Positions 43,274 to 58,170 of a DNA stretch of 64,000 bases are shown here, in pieces. Numbering within the stretch: the first letter of the stretch is position 1; the number at the start of each line of letters is the position of its first letter. A model generated the notes under the pieces. The model was not told the origin of the DNA. It did no database searches and saw nothing but the letters and a program-made list of their open reading frames with translations. Position numbers and translations under genes: made by a program. The stretch spans positions 24,304,001 through 24,368,000 of the forward strand of contig OX597828.1 in assembly GCA_951406725.2 (NCBI GenBank), in the 5' to 3' direction. The DNA is from Octopus vulgaris. Its lineage: Eukaryota.

Positions 43274-44083
43274 GGAGCGGGTGTGGTGGTGTGGCGAGAA
43301 GTTTGCTTCCCAACCACATGGTTCCGGGTTCAGTCCCACAGCATGGCACCTCGGGTAAATGTCTCGTACAATCGTCTCTAGCCGACAAAACACTTCAGAG
43401 CAGATTTGGGTAGACGGTAACCGAAAAAAGTTCATACATGTGTGTGTGCGTGCGTGTAACATTGTGTGTGTGTATGTGTTTGTGCCTTTGCGTGTGAGCG
43501 CATGTCTGTTTGTCCACACAACCGCTTGACAAACGCTGTTGATTTGATTACGTCTATGTAACTTAGCGGTTCGGCAAATTAAATAACCGACAGAATAAAC
43601 ACCATGTTTACAAAAAAAGTTACCGGTGTCGATTCTTTCGACTAAAACCTCTTCAAGGCGGTACCCCAGCATGACCGCAATCTAGTGAAAGAAGCAAGTA
43701 AAAGATGGCTGTGTGGTAAGTAGCTTGCTTACCAACCACATGGTTCTGGTTTCAGTCCCTTGGCCATGTGTCTTGTACTATAACCTAGCGCCGACCAAAG
43801 CCTTGTGAGTGGATTTGATAGACGGAAACTGAAAGAATCCCATCGTATATATGTATATATCTACGTGTGTGTATATGTTTGTGTGTCTGTGTTTGTCCCC
43901 CCAACATCGCTTGACAGCCGATGCTGGTGTGTTTACCTCCCCGTAACTTGGCGGTTCAGCAAAAGGAGATCGATAGAATAGGTACAAGGCTTACAAAGAA
44001 TAAGTCCTGGGGTCGATTTGCTCGACTAAAGGCGGTGCTCCAGCAAGGCCACAGTCAAATGACTGAAACAAGTAAAAGAGTAA
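43274..44083 (+). mobile_element. Two head-to-tail SINE family A copies (43274-43705 older, 43707-44083 younger)
   Basis: Family match. Confidence 0.85.
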
Positions 44084-44156
44084 GTAATGAATGTCACTCT
44101 CCCCCGTTGATCTCATTGCCTATATCATAAACTTAGTCAGTATAAATAGGCGTAAG

Positions 44157-44310
44157 TTTAACGTTCTGAGTTCAAATTCTGCCGAGGTCGACTTTGCCTT
44201 CCATCCTTTCGAGTCGATAAATTAAGTACCAGTTGCGCACTGGGGTTCGATCTAATCGACTTGCCCCTTCCCCCAAAATTTCGAGCCTTGTGCCTAGAGT
44301 TGAAAAGAAT
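44157..44310 (+). mobile_element. SINE family B, 5'-truncated
   Basis: B box GAGTTCAAATTC followed by GAGGTCGACTTTGCCTTCCATCCTTTCGAGTCGATAAATTAAGTACCAG (Meta-domain-like). Confidence 0.8.
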
Positions 44311-44514
44311 AGACGTAAGTTTATATGACATCTGGTGTTTATAAAGTGCTAATGGTATCACAACAGCAAGACATAAGGAGGCTGACGTTCATGTGTGTGT
44401 CTCAATGAGATTCAGGGTCAACAAGAGGCATCGAACGTTTGCTGGTGCGATCGCTAAGCGCGTTAGTATTTTCCTCGAGAACGAGGATCGAAACCGGCTT
44501 GCGTTGTCGTCTAC

Positions 44515-46460
<1,946 letters not shown>

Positions 46461-46572
46461 TCTAAGATATCATTTATGTAAACAAGGGCAATAAAAATAT
46501 TAAACTGTAATCATTGTCTATTTCCAACACATCTGTCCATGCATTCACGTTCAACATTATATGTATAAATAT

Positions 46573-46623
<51 letters not shown>

Positions 46624-46655
46624 GTATATATATCTATATATATATATATATATAA

Positions 46656-46867
46656 AGTTAATCCAAACAAGAAAACACAAAAAAAAAACACAACAATGCA
46701 AGGACGTGGAACAAATATAGTATTATTGGACGCTCAGGAAAGAAGGGAAGAAGTGGGTGTTTAACGTTTCGAGCGGAGCTCTTCGTCGGAAACATAGGAG
46801 AAGGAAAGATCCCGAAAAGGGAAGACAGAGGAAAAAAAAATCGCCAACGGTACACACGAGGTCACAT
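46656..46867 (-). mobile_element. Family F1 element; hammerhead at 46758-46794 with U4C
   Basis: Minus strand UGUUU-CCGACGA-A-GAGC-UCC-GCUC-GAAA-CGUU-AAACA. Confidence 0.8.
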
Positions 46868-46883
46868 ATATCTTTATATATTT

Positions 46884-46925
<42 letters not shown>

Positions 46926-47086
46926 ATATATATACATATAAATTTAAAAATAGGATAAAATCTTTATAAGAAATTATCAAGTAGTTAGCGTGACCTATGA
47001 ATAATAGTACCCTCTATATAATATATATACATATATATATATTTATATATATGTGTATATATATATATATATGTATATATATATTA

Positions 47087-47122
<36 letters not shown>

Positions 47123-47392
47123 TGTAATCCCAACCATACATTCTAAATTTTAGCAGGCATGTCCGTAAAGAATTTGTATGTATGTATGTATGTATGTATG
47201 TATGTATGTATGCCTGGATGGATGGATGGATGGATGGATGGATGGATGGAGGGAGGGGTGGAGGGATGGAGGAATGTATGGATGGATGGATGGAATTTCC
47301 ACAAAATTTTATGCATCACATGTTTCTGAAATAGAAAATACTACAACTGGAATACAATAGGACCAAACATTAGAATCGAGTATAATCTATAG

Positions 47393-47476
<84 letters not shown>

Positions 47477-47734
47477 ACACATACACAAACATACGCACGT
47501 ACGTGAACACACACACGAGCGCTGGCGCACATACACACACACACAGAGACAGAGGCACACACAGTCACACGCACGACCACCAACACCACAAACACTGCTG
47601 CCGCCGCCACCACCGCCAACACAACCATGCCGCACACCTACACACATAGACTTCTACAGAAAAGGACAGAGAGAGAGAAATTAAGGAGATAAATTCATAA
47701 CATATACATACTTAAAAGTACAACACATGCATAT

Positions 47735-47857
<123 letters not shown>

Positions 47858-47866
47858 TACACTCAC

Positions 47867-49615
47867 CGCTTCGCTACTTTTGGGCCCAAGATCTTTCCAC
47901 ATTCTATTTTCAACCAATAAATTATAATCTGACAGATGGACACATGTTTCACCTAAAAATTCCGGGACAAGATTCTTTTGTCTATTTACTAATTTTATTT
48001 TAAGATGCATTTTAGCGAAATCCTTAGTTTCAATGTTTGAAAAAATGTATTCTTTATTAAAAATTGGGTTCTTGGAATGCTTAAACACGTCAGTAACCTT
48101 TTTTTGTTGTTTGCCTGGCCTAAGGCTTATTTTAGCAAACGCGTTAATTTGGTTGTCGCTTTTGTTTCCTCCGAGGTTTTCGGCACGAATTAAAAGTACT
48201 TTGAACTGTCTCTGTTCTGGCACGTACTGGAAAGAGAACTTTAATTCCCCGAACTCTGCGACAAGGTGCGCTTGAAGTTGAGAAATTGACCGCTTTCCTG
48301 TAAGAGAGCTATCAGATTTCAGTTCGAACCGGGTTCCAGTAGATGAACCTGGGGAAGAAGGAGATGACGGTGTTAATGTGTTGAAAGTTTTGTGTTCCAT
48401 TAAGGGCGAAGTACATTTGTGGTATTTCCTTCTAGGGGTCGGAGAAGGTCCGGCAGATTTATATCCTGGTACTTGTCCTGCTAAATCCGATAAGTATTTA
48501 GCACTATCCACGTTCAAATCAGACAAGGAAGATCGACGCCTATGATAACTGTGACCACGTATTTTGTTTTTATGAGGACTCATGGCTCCGGGCGTGGCAT
48601 CATCTCTGCCATTTTCTTGGAATTCCATACTTCCTCGTTCGTCTTTACTTACCACAGGAGACGATACTGAGATTACAGGGCGTTTATCCATTCTTGTGTA
48701 GCCTGAAGTGGAATGTACGGACAAAGATGGTGAGTTTTTATCAAGAGGTAAAGATAGCTGCCCCGCACTGGCTTTAGAAGATCTGTTGTACCGTCCGTTG
48801 TATGGAACAGAACAGCTATTACTGCTACCGATCGCTGCACCGCCCCCGACACCAATTCCAGAACCAGCACCACTACCGCTGCTTATGCCACCTCCGCCAC
48901 TACCACCACTGCCACCACCGCCACCGCCACTGCCAACACTATTACAGCTGATATCGTAGCCGCCTCTGTTATAAGAATATGATGCACCTCCGCCGAAAGC
49001 CGCGGCAGTTTCATCGACCCATCGACTACATCCATCTGTAGCGCGTAATAAACTAGAAGACATAGATGCCATCGTGTTAGTAACAAAAAGCGACTGCGCC
49101 GCATGTGGCACCAACACATCCACAGATCTTCTCGGTAGCGAATAGGTCGAATGGCTGGAAGCGGCGTAACTATGCTGTTCGGAACCTTCATCTCTTAATG
49201 TGTCGATACTTGTTAAAGAATGTCTGTCGTTACGTCCACCGATTCGCGGCCTGTGTTCTTGGCGAGGACTTACAGGCGCTGACCGAATCATCATGGGGCT
49301 TTTTGGTAAAGTTAAGCAGGAATACGAACCACTAAGAGAAACAGCCGGACTGATTCGATCGGAGTACGGAGCACTGCTTTCGCTGGTTTGACTCCGTACA
49401 TCATCTTCTTGCGAAAACTTCTCTTCGCTCGACTGACGGGAGACATCTCCTGAACAAGGAATAATAAACTGCGGTATTGAACTGGGTGTAACCAACGTAC
49501 CCCCATATTTCGCCTGGCTGTCCTGTCCACTACAACCACCTGTTATCAGATTGGCAGCGACGGTAACTTTGCATTTACTCACAAACCAGTCACGTAGTTC
49601 TTTGACCGATTCCAT
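47867..49615 (-). CDS. Large coding exon (583 codons) of a C2CD4-like C2-domain protein
   Basis: Long non-repetitive ORF from ATG at 49615; N-terminal LVTPSSIPQFIIP resembles the C2CD4 motif VLTPxxIPxFxIP; HRRRSSL motif; C-terminal C2 domain GELKFSFQY..IRAENL..NPIFN..FLGE..W; phase-0 GTGAGT donor at 47866-47861. Confidence 0.88.
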
Positions 49616-50574
49616 TGCGCTCGCGTCACTTCAATAGCATTAAGCAGCCGTGCCTTCACATGTATACAGAGCGACAGCGAGAGAGACACCACTTCAAACA
49701 TATGAATAGTCCAGTTGCAGAAGCGTACCGAAGCTCGTACGGTTTACTCTGTGTATGGATGTCTGCATATGTTCATATTGTATGTGCCTGTGTGTGTGTG
49801 TGTGTGTGTGCAGGTTTGTGTGTAGGTGTGGATACGTATGTGACGTTTATCAATGTGTGTACGCTTTTGCCTGTGTATGTGCGTCGCTGCTTATACGACT
49901 GCTAATGTGACTGCGAATGTCCTGCATGCGGTGTGTTCTGTATGCGTGCGTCTGTTTTATCTGTGTGTACGCGTGTATATGTGCGCTTCTGCACGCACGT
50001 GCTTGCTTTAATATTTTGTTGCAGGCTGTTTGCACGTATGAGTGTGTATACCTGGATGTATGAGTTCCTGTGTTCGTGCGTGCGTGCGTACATGCATGTG
50101 TGTTTGTGTGTGTGTCTGCGTGTGTGTGTGTTTCGTGTGTGCGTGCGGGCATGTATATATATATATATGTGTGTATGTGTGTGAGTGTGTGTGTGTGTGT
50201 TTATGCGATGTACCTCAATGAATAAGTGACTGGATGTAAATACCTGATTAATATGTTGTGCTGTGTATATCGGTGCAAGCAAGTGTCTGTGTGTTTATAC
50301 GTGTATATGTGTGTATACTTGAGTCAGAATACGGATAGGATAAGTATAGCCACTTACACGCACGCACACATACACGTATAAATATACGCAAATACAAGTG
50401 TGTCTATATGTGTGTTTGCATGTATATTTAGGTGACTATATGTATATATGTGTGTATGTTTACGTGCGTGTATAAGTATGAAAATTTTTAAGTTCCTACG
50501 TAATATACATATACAAATATACATTCATGCATATACATACGCATGTTTGCATGCATGTATGTGCACATATATGC

Positions 50575-50606
<32 letters not shown>

Positions 50607-50623
50607 TTATATATATATATATT

Positions 50624-50654
<31 letters not shown>

Positions 50655-50731
50655 ATATGGATGTATGTTTATATTTTAAAATAAACTAAATACATCACTA
50701 AATACATGGCGTAATCATATCAAAAACATAC

Positions 50732-50792
<61 letters not shown>

Positions 50793-51417
50793 TGTATGTA
50801 TGTATGTATGTATGTGTGTATGTATGTATATATGTATGTATGTGTGTATGTATGTATGTATGTATGTATGTATGTATGTATGTATGTATGTATGTATGTA
50901 TATATGTTTGTATGTATATATATATATATATATACACGTCTGTGTGCGTGCGTGTATGAGCGAAGTATGTAAGCGTATATGACCACCAAAAGTCTTTAAA
51001 AGTAAGTTTCTGTAATTTTCATGCTGGACTGCGTATGTAAACTCTGTAATATATATATATATATTATATATTGCAACCGGTGTATAATCCAAAAAGCGTG
51101 TATATAATCCGAGAATGTGTACAATCCAAGAAGCGGCAATATTTAAAACGCAAGAAATTTCCGTAAACTGTAAACTACACGTCTTATCAGTTTCACTCTC
51201 TCCTCCCCTCTCCCTTTCGCTCTCACTCACTCTCTTGTTCTTTTACTCTCTCTATATCTCTCTGTCTCGATTTCTCATCCTCCCCTTCAATCTCTCTCTC
51301 TCTCTCTCTCTCCCTCTCTGTGTTTGTGTGTTTGTGTCTGCGTATATATATATCTATATGTGTGTGTGTGTGTGTGTGTGATCGCGTGTATGTATTTATA
51401 TTTATGTCTATGTATGA

Positions 51418-51490
<73 letters not shown>

Positions 51491-51512
51491 GGGAGAGATA
51501 GATTTAAACACA

Positions 51513-51554
<42 letters not shown>

Positions 51555-51557
<3 letters not shown>

Positions 51558-51815
51558 TACGAGTCGAACCAGGGGCAGCTGATGAAGGGGAATATTCCTT
51601 GTATTGTTTGTCTTGTACTCTGTTTTATCGTTGTTAAATAAAGTCCGTTTCCTTGTTTGTTTTTATGTTTTCGTTTCTCGTTGTGCTTTACGTTTATTTG
51701 TGGTGTCCTGTACTCATATATATATATATGCATGTATGTATACATATAGATGTAGGTATGTACATATATGTGTGTATGTATGGATGCATATGTTTTATTT
51801 GTTAAATTGTTAGTA
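51555..51815 (+). mobile_element. Family E copy lacking the first two hammerhead strands
   Basis: Retains GGCAG-CTGATGA-AGGGG (core 51579-51585) and downstream family sequence. Confidence 0.65.
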
Positions 51816-52774
51816 TATATATATGCAAATTATACTATATTATATTTTGTGTGCATATAGGTGGATAAGTGGGTATATAATTTGTACGTGCATACATATG
51901 TGTGTGCATATGCGTATGTGTTTGTATCAGTATATATACATATATTTGTCTATGGCCTCGCCAGACAGGAGTTACGCGTGTGAGAGACAGAGGGAGCTGA
52001 TGTATACTTGTGTTAAGGTGTATATTTTCTGAATGCGTATGTTTGTTTGTAAGCGTGTAAAATTTGTCTGGGATAGTATATTATATGTGTGTGTGTGTGA
52101 TTGTGTTTGTGTGTGTGTGTGTGTGTTTGCTTCACCTTGAGTGCGCATGCGTCTGTTTATGGGCGTGTGTGTCACTTATGTTATGGTAGCGTAGGTAAAC
52201 GTTGAGAATATGGTGACATTATGTATGTACGAACTGTGTGTGTGTATGTGTGTGTCTGTGTGTGTGTGTCTGTGTGTGTGCGTGTTCGTCTTTTTGTGTT
52301 AGTGTGTGTACCGGTCAGAGTATTCGTGTACCTGTGTGCCTGTATGGGTGTGCTCGTATGTGTGTATGTGTGTTTGTCTTTGTGGTGGTTCAGTTTGTTT
52401 AAGGTTGCGTCAATGTTTTTGTATTATAAAAGAACATCACATCCGTGATTAGATGGTGTTGGTGTCTGTGAACTTAACTTAGCAATGTGCAGTGGGAAAG
52501 AAGCCAAGATACGTGGGTTCGAACAGTGTCAACTCACCACGTATAACTATACGTATGTATGTAGATATATGAATATATAAACACATATATATATCAATGG
52601 CCACACCCACACATACATACAAACAGACACGCACACACACACACGCACACAGACACGCGCACACACACACACACACACACGCTCGTTTATTCTCTTCAGC
52701 CATACCAGGCAGGAATTGCAGCCATCCTGGGACCCCGCCTGAATATACGTGTGTAAGTGTGCACGAGAGTATGT

Positions 52775-52817
<43 letters not shown>

Positions 52818-53210
52818 CATTCCAAGAAAGTTAGAGGTTGTGAATCCAACGAACTAAGGGATAATATCTATCCAATATACTGCTGCTAGAATACCCAATT
52901 ATTTATACACAAGTGATTTTATTGCATTGCAATTACATTACTGAGTGTACTAAATGGGTGAAGGTAAAGAGATATTTTACCATTAATTTATAGAGCAATA
53001 AAAAAAATGGAGGGGGTCAATAGGCGGTATTCATCAACTTTTAGACATTATATTATGTCAATTTATTTATTTACTAAAAGGAGAATTATAACAATATACA
53101 TACATGTATAACATATTATGCTTTACATATAAAATATATAAAATATAAAAATATCAGTAATCATTAAAATATATAACATATAGCAATAGAAATTGGGATA
53201 TATATATATA

Positions 53211-54690
53211 CTAGCAAACGTCCCCCCCCCGGTCCATTGGACGGTTTGTTTAGATGAAGAGGGTTAACTTAGACGGTGTTAAGTTGTGGAGATGTCTGGT
53301 GATTGTATGGGGTTGTTACTTTTGGTTAGGGCATTAAAGATTCCTGAGACGTTAAAACTGATGACTGATTCTTCTAAATAAGGAAAATTAATTGATAGTG
53401 AATCTTAACACAGTGAACCTTTTCAAAATTGTCATGAGGCCAATAAAATGAAGGGAAGCTGTTCAGCCCACAATATATCCAACTTCCAATTGAATCGGAC
53501 ATCATAATTAACCTTAAACTGTTTGCACTCAAGCACTTTCACATTAGGATAAGCACAATGTACTCTTCAATAGCACATACCTCATGTTTGTACCTATACG
53601 TAAGACTAATCGCTGTTTTATCTCCAAAGTGAAAATTTCGGAGTGATATGTAAGCAATAAACAGTTCTTTGGCTTTTGCATTTGACGACTGTTGTTTTAC
53701 GTATTTTATTTCGATTTTGACTGGCGTAGTAGTGAGAACTACGGGATAAGTAACATTAGTTTCGAATAAAAATATAAATGAAAGTTTTAATCACTCAATG
53801 GACAGGCAAACAAAAACTGCAACACAATAAAGGTGCAACAATGGTTAGAGAAGTCTTTCTTCTCGCAAAACCGACACAAAAAGAGTTGAAACTCAGAGGT
53901 GAACTAACACAATGTGCAATAAAATAACATAAGGCATGTTCTTAGCAAATAGATTTTATTTCAAAAATTGAGCAATACAGCTTATTTCAAGTTAGATGAG
54001 AAACGTTAGGCAAGGTTACATCTAAGTTTCCGTCTACCAAATCCACCCACAAGGCTTTGGTCGGCCCGAGGCTATAGTAAAAGACACTTGCCCAAGGTGC
54101 CACGCAGTAGGACTGAACCCAAAACCATGTGGTTGGTAAGCAAACTGCTTACCACACAGCCACTCCTGTGCATATTGCTTTATTTTTACTCACTTAAAGT
54201 AACTGCCTTTTCCAAGTAGTTTTTCATGTCAGTTGGTTTATTGCACGGAAAACAGTCGTAAGAAGACATTTGACCGCGAATGGACGTGGTTGATTACAGT
54301 TAATTAAAGTTAGAGTGATATGGATTTTTTTAGCAGCTTACAAATGTGTGAAAACGCAGAAATAAATACAATTGTTTGTGGTCTAATATTTAAGTGAAAC
54401 TGAGACTGTATTTACAAATAACAAGCTTTAATTACATATAACTGTCATTTAGATGTGAAAACATTGAAATAAATTGTTTAGAATCCCGGTTAAATAACAG
54501 GATGGCGGAAGAAACAGGACAAAAAGATTACAAAAATAGAAATTCTCACTTTGAAACTGATAATTTTGAAAATCTTTTTAGATTACGGAACGCCCCGCTC
54601 TCTCATGTATCCATGTTTAAAATTTCAGCACAATCGGATGAATAATACTCGAGTTATAATCCCACAGAAAACAGACAGAACGGGATTTAT
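53211..54690 (-). mobile_element. ~1.5-kb non-autonomous Helitron-like element containing a SINE 5' half
   Basis: CTAG at 53211-14 next to the hairpin GTCC-ATT-GGAC; other end has AAATTTCAGCACAATCGG and ACAGACAGA motifs like 7531-7612; 5' TC not visible inside (TA)n. Confidence 0.6.
54025..54170 (-). mobile_element. SINE family A 5' half
   Basis: tRNA head + CORE-like box only. Confidence 0.85.
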
Positions 54691-54709
54691 ATATATATAT
54701 ATATATAAA

Positions 54710-55160
54710 TCACCCTTATTATTTTAAATTTAAATTTAAATAACTATGTTCTCTAACCGGCAAAATTCACTGCAGAGAATTATTTTTTGCAGAATTATTT
54801 CCGGTATTTTGGCGCGCCAAAACGAAGACTTTTCAAATATAAAACCCCAAATGTAATTGGTGGAACTATATGCATGTTCAATCTCATGCGGACATCACGT
54901 GTATAGTTCTGCAAATTATATTTTGCTATGACGATTACTCTGACGAGTTGCGGACATCTACGTAAGTGATTACGTAAATGGTAAAAACGAAACTGGTTTG
55001 TGATTAATCTGAATATTTTGTATCTTTTCATTTGTCTTGCTCGCTTACTTTCTAGCGTTTGCTAAATTTTCTTGAGAACATTGCTTTCTTAGTTGTAAGA
55101 CCATAGGGGGTCGACTTCGAGCATAATGGATGTCCACTTAGTAGTCATCCCTCTTATATG
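54710..55160 (+). mobile_element. HHR-bearing non-coding element in (TA)n (Penelope pLTR-like)
   Basis: Ends shared with 9975-9990 and 10185-10327; contains a hammerhead motif. Confidence 0.6.
54933..55005 (+). ncRNA. Type I hammerhead with extended stem II
   Basis: GAUUACU-CUGACGA-GUU...UACGUAA-guga-UUACGUA...AAC-GAAAC-UG-GUU-UGUGAUU; first stem I pair mismatched. Confidence 0.6.
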
Positions 55161-55171
55161 TATGCAATATA

Positions 55172-55204
<33 letters not shown>

Positions 55205-55210
<6 letters not shown>

Positions 55211-55603
55211 TAGTTATCGCCATACTAATATGGCATTCTTATAAAAATAAGAAAAAAGCTGTCCGCTTATTAGCTCCATGAGGCCATCGCCTTAAGTTAT
55301 CTATTTGATACACAAACTGTATCCATATAACCTTCGAACAAGGGAGGTCAGTCGCTCCACACTACTTGACCGGCAGCTACAGACGCGTTTCGGGATATTG
55401 CCCCTTTTCAATGCAGCGTAGCCAGCCAGTAGGTGTCGCTTCCGACAATCTCTGTTCGATGGTTTTATTTACCTAGGTTATATGGATACAGTTTGTGTAT
55501 CAAATAGCTAACTTAAGGCGATAGCCTCATGGAGCTAATAAGCGGACAGCTTTTTTCTTATTTTTATAAGAATGCCATATTAGTATGGCGATAACTATTA
55601 TTT
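55205..55603. repeat. Foldback: 129-bp inverted arms around a 141-nt loop
   Basis: 55205-55333 versus 55475-55603, two mismatches seen. Confidence 0.95.
55376..55417 (-). ncRNA. Minimal type I hammerhead, U3-A8 core variant
   Basis: GCUGCA-UUGAAAA-GGGG-caaua-UCCC-GAAAC-GC-GUC-UGUAGC; stem I 6 bp, stem II 4 bp, palindromic ACGCGU. Confidence 0.75.
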
Positions 55604-55658
55604 TCCGGGAACGCTGCCGCTGTTCTCTTTTAGAGAGACTTAGTTATTTTAATATTTC

Positions 55659-55711
<53 letters not shown>

Positions 55712-56100
55712 TGTATGTATGTATGTATGTATGTATAAGTTCATGTGTATGAATAGATACAGATATAATGAATATGTATGTGTGCGTGTGTACTTATGTG
55801 TGTGTATGTGTTTGTGTGAGTGTGTGTGCGTGTGTGTGCGTGTGTGTGCGTGTGTGTCTGTGTGTCTGTGTGATGCTACATATGAGTATTCGTAACAGCA
55901 AAAGTAGTGATGAACAACTAGAGAAAGAACTCAATACTGTGATGAAGTGTCTCATATATCTAATGAATTTATGTACTTGTGTACTTGCAGGCAAGTTAAG
56001 AGGCGTTAACAATCCATTTCAAACTTATTAAATGAAACAAGACTAGCAGCCAAATCTCCATGAAATCAGATCCTATTGGATAATCGTTTCTTATTGGATA

Positions 56101-56327
56101 ATCTTTTGTACGATAGGCACAAGGCCTGGAATTTAGTAGGGGGCCGTGAGCTAGTCGATCACATGGAAACCCAGTGTTCAACTGGTACTTTTTGTTATGG
56201 GACTCGAAAGAATGAAAGACAAAGTCGACTTCAGCGCGATTTGAACTGAGAACTAGAGACAGACGGACGAAATACCGAATTGCATTTTGTCTGGCGCGCA
56301 AGGAATTCTTTCAGCTCATTGGCTCTT
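56101..56327 (-). mobile_element. SINE family B, diverged
   Basis: Family match. Confidence 0.7.
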
Positions 56328-56532
56328 AAGAAAATATTAGATAATTCGACCGTATATATATATGCGAAACATATTCGATAGTCACGTCTGGGACGCTTTT
56401 TCTACGTAGGCGTACATGCTTTTAACTGTCTTGCACCTACTGAACGACAATGACAATAACAAAAATATTTAGTCTCTCAGGTATTGTATTTATACGTCAT
56501 TAGATGATTTTTTTTATTTTTTGTGTTTTTAT

Positions 56533-56794
56533 TCTTTTATTCATTTCAGTCATTTGACTACGGCGATGCGGGGGCAACGCCTTTAGTCGAACAAATCGGC
56601 CCCCAGGGTTTATTCTTTGTAAGCCTAGTACTTATTCTATCGATCTATTTTGCCGAACCGCTAAGTTGCGGGGAAATAAACACACAAGCATTGGTTGTCA
56701 AGCGATGTTGCAAGGACAAACACAGACACACAAACATATACATTCATATATATAAATACTTATACATACATTCATAAATAATACATATATACAT

Positions 56795-56854
<60 letters not shown>

Positions 56855-56979
56855 GACAAGTTTCTTTTAGTTTCCGTCTAACAAATCCACTCACAAGGCT
56901 TTGGTCGGCCCGAGGCTATAGTAGAAGACACTTGCCCACGGTGCCACCCACTAGGACTGAACCCGGAACCATGTGGTTG
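56533..56979 (-). mobile_element. SINE family A
   Basis: Family match, head clipped. Confidence 0.85.
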
Positions 56980-57918
56980 ATAGTGTTTATTTGTTTCCTG
57001 ATACTTTTTTTGGCTTTGGCTCATGTTTACCGTTTGTGTGTATGTGTGCGGAACGTATGTATGTGACGTTGTGTATGTGCGTGAAAATGTTAGGAGCAGG
57101 CGTGGATGTGTGTTGACAAATTTGAATCCCAACTATATTGTTCTCCAATCAGAACATCTCCAGTGGAAGTTTACAGAATAGTGGAATCTGCTAAGGGCAC
57201 ACGAGGTGCAATGTGTTAGTCTTATACCAGGTGACAGATGACTTCCACTCCTCAAATAAGTCATAGCAGAATTTTAATTGATAACACAAAGACCCCGAAC
57301 AAATACTGCGCCCGCTTTGAGGTTTGACATATATAACAATTCTCCTTATTACCTAAAAATCCGTCTAACGTTCCAATGCATAGAAATCATATTCTATTGT
57401 GTTTTTGTTTTTATCGACCTTGAAAGATTGAATTGTAAAGATGACCTAAGTTAAATTTGCACACAGAATGCAGAAGCTTGGACAGAATACTTCGAGGTAT
57501 TCTATTTGGCTCCCTAAGATCTCTGTCAAGTCACTATCTAAATGTGTTGGCACGATCAGCTGCTGTGATGACCATGCATGCTCTTGGACTGACAGTAATC
57601 GTTAGTTATTCCTGTCCTCCGCCCCTAGCAGATGATCTGCAATACTGAGACCTATCCAATCCTTGTTGTAGTTGGACTACAATTATTTCAATTTTTTAAA
57701 TTTTATATTTGCCTTCTACCCTCCTTCAAATATACTGAACTGCCTAAAGAATGGCTTGAACAGAAAATCAGCGGGGTGTAGAGAAGCTCAGTGGGTCCAC
57801 AACAACCGAACTTTCTCTATTTCACTGTAGAACGGACTTGATCTTTTTTTGGTCAGTATATTTAGTAATTTGATACTAGTCAAAGCTGTTTGTCTTCTGC
57901 TATATATATCTCTCATGT

Positions 57919-58170
57919 GGAGGCGCGTGGCTTAGTGGTTAGGGTGTCAGCATCATGATCGTAAGATTGCGGTTTCGATTCCTGGACCGGGCGACGCATT
58001 GTGTTCTTGAGCAAAACACTTCATTTCACGTTGCTCCAATCCTCTCAGCTGGCAAAATTGAGTAACGCTGCGATGGACTGGCGTCCCGTCCAGCTGGGGA
58101 GCATATACACCATTGAAACCGGGAAACCGGGCCCATGATCCTGGCTAGGCTTTAAAAGGGCGCATTTATT
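57919..58170 (+). mobile_element. SINE family C (tRNA head + CORE-like box)
   Basis: A box TGGCTTAGTGG, B box GTTTCGATTCC, GTGTTCTTGAGCAAAACACTT. Confidence 0.85.

Noticed and set aside
57919-57990. tRNA-like sequence
   Set aside because: Continues into a CORE-like SINE body and has diverged paralogs; a SINE head, not a tRNA gene
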